Source: Aliivibrio fischeri ES114 (GTDB lineage: Bacteria > Pseudomonadota > Gammaproteobacteria > Enterobacterales > Vibrionaceae). From it: 32,000 bases of DNA. The notes beneath the pieces were generated by a model that saw nothing but the letters and a program-made list of their open reading frames with translations, ran no database searches and was not told the DNA's origin. Positions 25,901 to 32,000 of the stretch are shown piece by piece (within the stretch, counting starts at the first letter, position 1; each line of letters starts with the position of its first letter). The stretch lies in NCBI RefSeq assembly GCF_000011805.1, contig NC_006840.2, one strand, 5' to 3'. Both the position numbers and the translations under genes were made by a program.

Positions 25901-28900
25901 ATGCCAAAACGTACTGATATTAAAAGCGTTCTAATTCTAGGTGCCGGTCCAATTGTAATCGGCCAAGCATGTGAATTTGACTACTCTGGTGCACAAGCAT
26001 GTAAAGCACTTCGTGAAGAAGGCTACCGTGTTATTCTTGTGAACTCTAACCCAGCAACAATCATGACTGACCCAGACATGGCTGATGCAACGTACATTGA
26101 ACCAATTCATTGGGAAGTGGTTCGTAACATCATCGAAAAAGAGCGTCCAGATGCGGTATTACCAACAATGGGTGGTCAAACAGCATTAAACTGTGCGCTT
26201 GATTTAGAAAAGCACGGTGTTCTTGCTGAATTCGGTGTTGAGATGATTGGTGCAACAGCTGATGCAATTGATAAGGCGGAAGACCGTTCTCGTTTTGATA
26301 AAGCGATGAAGTCTATTGGACTTGAGTGTCCACGTGCTGATACAGCAAAAACCATGGAAGAAGCTTACGGCGTTCTAGATATGGTTGGTTTCCCATGTAT
26401 TATTCGTCCATCATTTACGATGGGTGGTACGGGCGGTGGTATCGCATACAACAAAGAAGAGTTCGAAGAAATTTGTCGTCGCGGTTTAGACCTTTCGCCA
26501 ACTAACGAGCTTCTAATCGATGAATCATTAATCGGTTGGAAAGAGTACGAGATGGAAGTGGTTCGTGATAAGAACGATAACTGTATCATCGTATGTGCAA
26601 TTGAAAACTTTGATGCGATGGGTATTCACACTGGTGACTCAATCACGGTTGCGCCAGCACAAACGCTAACGGATAAAGAATACCAACTAATGCGTAATGC
26701 ATCTCTAGCTGTACTGCGTGAGATTGGTGTTGAAACGGGTGGCTCAAACGTACAGTTTGGTATTAACCCGAAAGATGGTCGTATGGTTATCATCGAAATG
26801 AACCCACGAGTATCTCGTTCATCTGCACTTGCTTCTAAAGCAACAGGTTTCCCTATTGCAAAAATTGCAGCGAAATTGGCTATTGGCTTTACGCTTGACG
26901 AGCTAATGAATGACATTACAGGTGGGGCAACGCCTGCGTCATTTGAACCAACAATCGATTACGTTGTTACTAAGATCCCTCGTTTTAACTTCGAAAAATT
27001 CGCAGGGGCTAACGATCGCCTAACAACACAGATGAAATCAGTTGGTGAAGTGATGGCTATCGGCCGTAACCAACAAGAATCTCTACAAAAAGCACTTCGT
27101 GGCCTAGAAGTAGGTGCGACTGGTTTTGATGAGATGGTTGATTTAGATGCTCCTGATGCATTAACAAAAATTCGTCATGAACTGAAAGATGCTGGTGCTG
27201 AGCGTATTTGGTACATCGCTGATGCGTTCCGTGCGGGTATGTCTGTTGATGGTGTGTTTAATCTAACGAATGTTGATCGTTGGTTCCTAGTTCAAATTGA
27301 AGATTTAGTAAAAGAAGAAGAAGCGGTTAAAGCGGGTGGTTTTGCTAATTTAACCGCAGATGCACTTCGTAAACTTAAGCGTAAAGGTTTTGCTGATGCG
27401 CGTCTTTCTAAACTATTGGGCGTTGGTGAGAGTGAAATTCGTCGCCTGCGTGACCAGCATGATATTCACCCTGTATACAAGCGTGTAGATACGTGTGCTG
27501 CTGAGTTCTCATCAGATACGGCTTACATGTACTCATCTTATGATGAAGAGTGTGAAGCAAATCCAACAGACAAAGATAAGATCATGATCTTAGGTGGCGG
27601 TCCAAACCGTATCGGTCAAGGTATTGAGTTTGATTACTGTTGTGTACACGCATCATTAGCACTACGAGAAGATGGCTACGAAACTATCATGGTTAACTGT
27701 AACCCTGAGACTGTTTCTACGGATTACGATACGTCTGACCGTCTATACTTCGAACCAGTTACTCTAGAAGATGTACTAGCAATTGCTCGTGTTGAGAAAC
27801 CAAAAGGCGTGATAGTTCAGTACGGTGGTCAAACTCCACTTAAACTGGCTCGCGCTCTTGAAGCAGCTGGTGTTCCAATCATAGGTACAAGCCCTGATGC
27901 TATCGACCGTGCAGAAGACCGTGAGCGTTTCCAAGTTGCTGTCGACCGTTTGGAGCTTCTTCAACCAGAAAATGCAACGGTTACTACAATGGAGCAGGCG
28001 ATTGATAAATCAAAAGAAATCGGCTTCCCACTCGTAGTACGTCCTTCTTATGTTCTTGGTGGTCGTGCGATGGAAATCGTATATGACGAGCAAGACTTAC
28101 GTCGTTACTTCAATGAAGCAGTAAGCGTATCAAATGAATCTCCAGTACTTCTTGATAGCTTCCTTGATGATGCTGTAGAAGTGGATGTTGATGCGATTTG
28201 TGACGGTGAGCAAGTGGTTATCGGCGGTATCATGGAGCACATCGAGCAAGCGGGTGTTCACTCTGGTGACTCAGCATGTTCTCTTCCTGCTTATACATTA
28301 AGCGAAGAAATCCAAGATGTAATGCGTGATCAAGTACGTAAGCTGGCATTCGAGCTAGGTGTTCGTGGCTTAATGAATACACAGTTTGCTGTTAAAGATA
28401 ACAAAGTATACCTAATCGAAGTTAACCCACGTGCTGCTCGTACGGTTCCATTCGTATCGAAAGCAACTGGTGCACCATTAGCTAAGATTGCAGCGCGTGT
28501 AATGGCGGGTCAATCTCTAGAGTCTCAAGGCTTTACTAAAGAGATCATCCCACCATACTACTCAGTTAAAGAAGTGGTATTACCGTTCAACAAATTCCCT
28601 GGTGTTGACCCACTGTTAGGCCCAGAAATGCGCTCAACGGGTGAAGTTATGGGTGTTGGTACAACGTTTGCTGAAGCATTTGCTAAAGCTGAACTTGGCT
28701 GTAGCAAAGAATACCCAGAAGGTGGTCGTGCATTACTTTCTGTTCGTGAAGGTGATAAGAAACGTGTTGTAGATTTAGCAAAACATCTTGTTAAATTGGG
28801 TTACCAACTGGATGCAACTCACGGTACAGCAGTTATTCTTGGCGAAGCGGGTATTAACCCACGTCTAGTAAACAAGGTACATGAAGGCCGTCCTCATATT

Positions 28901-29131
28901 CTTGACCGTATCAAGAATGGTGAGTACACCTACATCGTTAATACTGCAGCAGGTCGTCAAGCGATTGAAGATTCTAAAGTATTACGTCGTGGTGCACTAG
29001 CTGAGAAAGTAAACTACACAACAACGCTAAATGCAGCATTTGCTAGTTGTTTAGCTCATGAAGCGGATGACCGTAAAACGGTTAACTCTGTTCAAGAGCT
29101 ACACGCTAAAGTGGCAGCTAAATACGCTTAA
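25901..29131 (+). CDS. carB: Carbamoyl-phosphate synthase large subunit
   Basis: 1076 aa with a duplicated ATP-grasp architecture (two copies of the [15 protein letters not shown] / [14 protein letters not shown] type N-termini and of the [18 protein letters not shown] / [18 protein letters not shown] blocks) plus a C-terminal allosteric domain. Confidence 0.97.
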   Translation: MPKRTDIKSVLILGAGPIVIGQACEFDYSGAQACKALREEGYRVILVNSNPATIMTDPDMADATYIEPIHWEVVRNIIEKERPDAVLPTMGGQTALNCALDLEKHGVLAEFGVEMIGATADAIDKAEDRSRFDKAMKSIGLECPRADTAKTMEEAYGVLDMVGFPCIIRPSFTMGGTGGGIAYNKEEFEEICRRGLDLSPTNELLIDESLIGWKEYEMEVVRDKNDNCIIVCAIENFDAMGIHTGDSITVAPAQTLTDKEYQLMRNASLAVLREIGVETGGSNVQFGINPKDGRMVIIEMNPRVSRSSALASKATGFPIAKIAAKLAIGFTLDELMNDITGGATPASFEPTIDYVVTKIPRFNFEKFAGANDRLTTQMKSVGEVMAIGRNQQESLQKALRGLEVGATGFDEMVDLDAPDALTKIRHELKDAGAERIWYIADAFRAGMSVDGVFNLTNVDRWFLVQIEDLVKEEEAVKAGGFANLTADALRKLKRKGFADARLSKLLGVGESEIRRLRDQHDIHPVYKRVDTCAAEFSSDTAYMYSSYDEECEANPTDKDKIMILGGGPNRIGQGIEFDYCCVHASLALREDGYETIMVNCNPETVSTDYDTSDRLYFEPVTLEDVLAIARVEKPKGVIVQYGGQTPLKLARALEAAGVPIIGTSPDAIDRAEDRERFQVAVDRLELLQPENATVTTMEQAIDKSKEIGFPLVVRPSYVLGGRAMEIVYDEQDLRRYFNEAVSVSNESPVLLDSFLDDAVEVDVDAICDGEQVVIGGIMEHIEQAGVHSGDSACSLPAYTLSEEIQDVMRDQVRKLAFELGVRGLMNTQFAVKDNKVYLIEVNPRAARTVPFVSKATGAPLAKIAARVMAGQSLESQGFTKEIIPPYYSVKEVVLPFNKFPGVDPLLGPEMRSTGEVMGVGTTFAEAFAKAELGCSKEYPEGGRALLSVREGDKKRVVDLAKHLVKLGYQLDATHGTAVILGEAGINPRLVNKVHEGRPHILDRIKNGEYTYIVNTAAGRQAIEDSKVLRRGALAEKVNYTTTLNAAFASCLAHEADDRKTVNSVQELHAKVAAKYA

Positions 29132-29172
29132 TCGCGAAACAGACTAAGTAACAATATTAGTTAAGTAATAAT

Positions 29173-29210
29173 AAAAATCCCGAAGAATGAGAGTTCTTCG
29201 GGATTTTTTT
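29173..29210. terminator. Bidirectional rho-independent terminator between convergent carB and dacB
   Basis: A run, 11-bp stem ATCCCGAAGAA (29177-29187), 6-nt loop, stem TTCTTCGGGAT (29194-29204), then T7. Confidence 0.9.
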
Positions 29211-29279
29211 GGTTTATACCAAGATAACTAAACAGATTAGATTATTAATGGAATTGGTATTACTAATTGCTAGAAAACG

Positions 29280-30686
29280 TTACTCTTGTGATAATTTAAT
29301 TAATTCTTGATAAAAGCTTTTCTCAAAGGAATCTATTGGTCGTTCAACCGGAATTGTTCCTTCTTTTGCTACAACAGGGTGATAATCTGCAACAAATTGA
29401 ACGAACAGCTGAGGCTCTTTATTTTCTAAACCAACAAATCCCGCCATATTATAGCTACCAAATAGTGAACCACTCTTGGATTTCATGCTGCCTTTAATTG
29501 GCTCTTTACGCATGCTATTACGATACTTTAGGGTGCCATCAATACCAGAGGTTGGTAATAGTTCAATTAAACCTAGCTCTTTATCGTATTTATGAATGAA
29601 TTGAAGAATGCTTTTCATTTGATTAGCTGTCATGCGGTTATTACGTGATAAACCAGAACCATCAACTAATACGGCATTACTTAAATCAATATCCGCTTGC
29701 TTTAATAAGATGTCTTTAATTGCAGCTGTGCCATTGGTGAAGCTACCTGGCTGCTGGTAATTTAAATGGCCTAACATCTTAGTCAAGTTATCAGCATAAT
29801 GGTTATCAGACTTTTTGAGCATGTGGTCCAATAATTCCATTAATGGTTTAGAGTTATGGTTAGCTAATACATTTAAGTTGGTTAATTCAGACTTTGGTGC
29901 ACCAAAATGAATTTCACCATTAAGTTTAATATTATGTTCAGCTAGGATTTTAGATACGGTTCTTTTTGTGAAATCTCTTGTATCTTGCACAGCAAATTTT
30001 AACGGCAGAGGCTTATTACGCCTAACTAAACAACCGTTTAGCTCATAATGGTTACCTTGAGTGGTTAACTCTAAGTCGCAGAACGTCGATTTTTGTTCTT
30101 CTCTGCTCACACTTTTAGCATAGCTAGAAAAAGAAATAGGCTGATGAATAGGCACAAAGACTCGGGTACTTCCATCCTCATGAGTGGTGATTGAAGCTTG
30201 AACGCAGTTTTCATCAATACTTAATGCACTTGATGGTGCGCTATAACAGACGCCTAAAATATCCCAAGGCCAGCCCACTGCTCGCTCATATCCAGTAAAG
30301 ATACTTCCATCGATCCATAAATCACCTTGTATGGTTTTTAGTTCACTATCATCAAATAGCTCAGAAAGTTGTTTTCGTGATAGAGAAGGATCGCCAGAGA
30401 AAGTCAAAACAACATCTTTATCCGCTTTATATAATGTTGTTGTAAAAGTGAATTCGGTCCCTAAAGCTAAACGAGCCGCTAATGCAGTGGCAATTTTTAG
30501 GGTGCTTGCTGGTGGCAATAGTTCATCTTGTTTTTGTTGAAACTCTATCTTATTTGATTGTAGATTTTCGACAGTAATAGCGGTTCTGCTACCAGATGGG
30601 AGAGATGAAAGTGTCTCTTTGATATCAGCAATACTTGAAAAAGAAATAAGACTGAGTGCGATAAGGGAGTAACGAGAAAAAAACAT
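29280..30686 (-). CDS. dacB: D-alanyl-D-alanine carboxypeptidase/endopeptidase (PBP4)
   Basis: Serine-PBP motifs are STLK (PPASTLKIATA), SDN (KKSDNHYAD) and KSG (KSKSGSL). The start is set at ATG 30686 so that the protein begins with the signal peptide MFFSRYSLIALSLISFSSIA. The 29 extra residues in the track ORF (to 30773) are not signal-like. Confidence 0.88.
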   Translation of the reverse strand: MFFSRYSLIALSLISFSSIADIKETLSSLPSGSRTAITVENLQSNKIEFQQKQDELLPPASTLKIATALAARLALGTEFTFTTTLYKADKDVVLTFSGDPSLSRKQLSELFDDSELKTIQGDLWIDGSIFTGYERAVGWPWDILGVCYSAPSSALSIDENCVQASITTHEDGSTRVFVPIHQPISFSSYAKSVSREEQKSTFCDLELTTQGNHYELNGCLVRRNKPLPLKFAVQDTRDFTKRTVSKILAEHNIKLNGEIHFGAPKSELTNLNVLANHNSKPLMELLDHMLKKSDNHYADNLTKMLGHLNYQQPGSFTNGTAAIKDILLKQADIDLSNAVLVDGSGLSRNNRMTANQMKSILQFIHKYDKELGLIELLPTSGIDGTLKYRNSMRKEPIKGSMKSKSGSLFGSYNMAGFVGLENKEPQLFVQFVADYHPVVAKEGTIPVERPIDSFEKSFYQELIKLSQE

Positions 30687-30773
30687 GATGAGCTCAATTT
30701 GAAAATAATGAGGTATCTTAACGTCTGTTGATAATGATGTGTAATGAATTAGAAAAATTTCAGAAGGCGTCAC

Positions 30774-30801
30774 AAATAAAAAACGCCCACCGAGGTGAGC
30801 G
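30774..30801 (-). terminator. Rho-independent terminator of the porin gene
   Basis: On the minus strand: stem CGCTCAC, loop CTCG, stem GTGGGCG (one G-U pair), followed by TTTTTATTT. Confidence 0.75.
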
Positions 30802-30828
30802 CTTTATTTAAGTAAGAGTTAAGACTGA

Positions 30829-31797
30829 TTAGAAGTCGTAACGCATACCTAGAGCAACTTCGTCTTCTGTCATCGCTTTAGTGATACCTTTTGATGCATC
30901 GTCATCAAGAAGGTTCAGGTTGTAAGAGATGTAAGTACGGAAGTTTGCGTTGAAGAAGTAAGTAGCATCAACAGCAAAGTTGTCAGCGTTTTCGTTGTTA
31001 GCAACAGTTAGAGCATTTGTATCGTGGTCAGCGTTGTTGTATGTCGCTGTGAATACAGTTTTACCCATTGTGTAAGCACCAGCTACTTCGAAACCTGTGT
31101 AGTCTAGGTCAACAACTTCACCTGTAGTGAATGTACCAGCGAAGTAGAAGTCGCCCATAGTCATCGAACCAGCAACCATTGCTTCGTTGTCTGTACCTTG
31201 ATCAGCGTAACCAGCACCTAGTTTGAAACCAGAGTCACCGAATGCGTAGATACCAGAAGTAGAGAAGCCGTCGTTGCTTTCTTGGTTAGCTGCTGCATCA
31301 TCAAAACGGTAGTTTGCTTTGAATGCGAAATCGCCAAATTGACCTTTGTAAGCAATTGCGTTGTCTTCACGGTCAGCTACTGCTAGTTTGTATGCCGCAG
31401 AGTTACCGTGGTAAGCCATGATATCAGTGAAGTCAGTGATAACACCTAGAGCACCGTCGTTTTTACCGTAAGTTACTTCACCGAAGTTACCACCGATACC
31501 TGCGTATGTGTAACGGTTTTCAAGGTTGCCGTTTGGATTTACAGCATCGTTAGTTGTAAATTCACCTTCCCAGAAACCTACACCGTATAGGCCGTCAGAA
31601 ATTTGAGTTGTACCTTTAAAGTTTAGACGGATACGAGTGTTATCTGCAGCGTCACCATCTTTCATAGCTAGACGTGCTTCAGCACGGCCGCCCATTTCGA
31701 TAGATTGTGCTTCGTCTTTATAAAGTTCTGCTGCGTTTACTGCACCAGCTGAAGTAATTGCTGCTACTGCTAGAGCTAATACTTTTTTGTTCATCAT
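30829..31797 (-). CDS. ompU: General outer-membrane porin, OmpU-like
   Basis: Signal peptide MMNKKVLALAVAAITSAGAVNA|AE and a C-terminal aromatic end (MRYDF). The blocks GGRAEARLAMKDGDAADNTRIRLNFKG and LYGVGFWEGEFTTND match V. cholerae OmpU as I recall it, and the position next to dacB agrees. GC content and codon bias are visibly higher, as in highly expressed genes. Confidence 0.85.
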   Translation of the reverse strand: MMNKKVLALAVAAITSAGAVNAAELYKDEAQSIEMGGRAEARLAMKDGDAADNTRIRLNFKGTTQISDGLYGVGFWEGEFTTNDAVNPNGNLENRYTYAGIGGNFGEVTYGKNDGALGVITDFTDIMAYHGNSAAYKLAVADREDNAIAYKGQFGDFAFKANYRFDDAAANQESNDGFSTSGIYAFGDSGFKLGAGYADQGTDNEAMVAGSMTMGDFYFAGTFTTGEVVDLDYTGFEVAGAYTMGKTVFTATYNNADHDTNALTVANNENADNFAVDATYFFNANFRTYISYNLNLLDDDASKGITKAMTEDEVALGMRYDF

Positions 31798-32000
31798 TAT
31801 TCTAATTCCTATAAGGGTGGAGGAGATTAATTTCCATTTTAAATGAAACGAACTGTTTATTGCTTCTTATGTCTAAGAGTTTCTAATCAGTTACCTTCAC
31901 TGTTTCAATAAGACTATTTTCATGGGTAAAGGCACAAAAAGGTTAGTAAAACAATCTAAAAAGTGCAATTGAACAGCGTTTTTTATTATTTTTGTGTGAT

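Noticed and set aside
26365-27964. Antisense ORFs inside carB (26365-26589, 26626-26916, 27776-27964), and 30331-30540 opposite dacB
   Set aside because: These are shadow ORFs, and the sense-strand genes are unambiguous.
30687-30773. 29-codon N-terminal extension of dacB in the track ORF
   Set aside because: The extension (MTPSEIFLIHYTSLSTDVKIPHYFQIELI) precedes a perfect signal peptide that starts at Met30. It also runs to within a few bp of the ompU terminator (30774-30801).

Overview
This window looks like a conserved chromosomal core region of an AT-rich Vibrionaceae genome. Gene order and protein sequences look Vibrio/Aliivibrio-like, but I cannot assign a species by eye. I support 25 protein-coding genes: recJ (5'-truncated by the window edge), prfB (with its programmed +1 frameshift), lysS, a VpsR-type regulator, mutH(-), rppH-ptsP-TSUP permease-lgt, thyA, nptA(-), nhaR, an ArsR/BigR-like repressor, rpsT(-), murJ, ribF-ileS-lspA, fkpB-ispH, dapB, carA-carB, dacB(-) and ompU(-). 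The order joins two blocks that are far apart in E. coli (recJ-prfB-lysS / mutH-rppH-ptsP-lgt-thyA, and nhaR-rpsT-ribF-ileS-lspA-fkpB-ispH-dapB-carAB). I found no tRNA or rRNA genes, CRISPR arrays, transposases, integrases, phage genes, toxin-antitoxin pairs or defence-type genes, and no obvious compositional island. I therefore do not see a novel multi-gene system and will not claim one. The signals worth a second look are mostly non-coding. (1) The 597-bp mutH-rppH gap carries two perfect and four near-perfect DnaA boxes and is rich in GATC. It sits where E. coli has DARS2. (2) Pho-box-like direct repeats lie exactly 10 bp upstream of -10 hexamers in front of nptA and the vpsR-like gene, and an ATTAC-N-GTAAT motif family surrounds nhaR. 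(3) Two tandem palindromic operator-like sites precede the orphan BigR/YgaV-like repressor gene. (4) rpsT appears to start at CUG. (5) The carAB control region has a consensus-like promoter, paired ARG boxes, a UUG start and a possible CarZ-like 3'UTR RNA. (6) The VpsR-type protein has lost the GAFTGA and Walker B signatures. I corrected several ORF-track start codons by homology and Shine-Dalgarno (SD) position. All statistics given are rough mental estimates, not computations.
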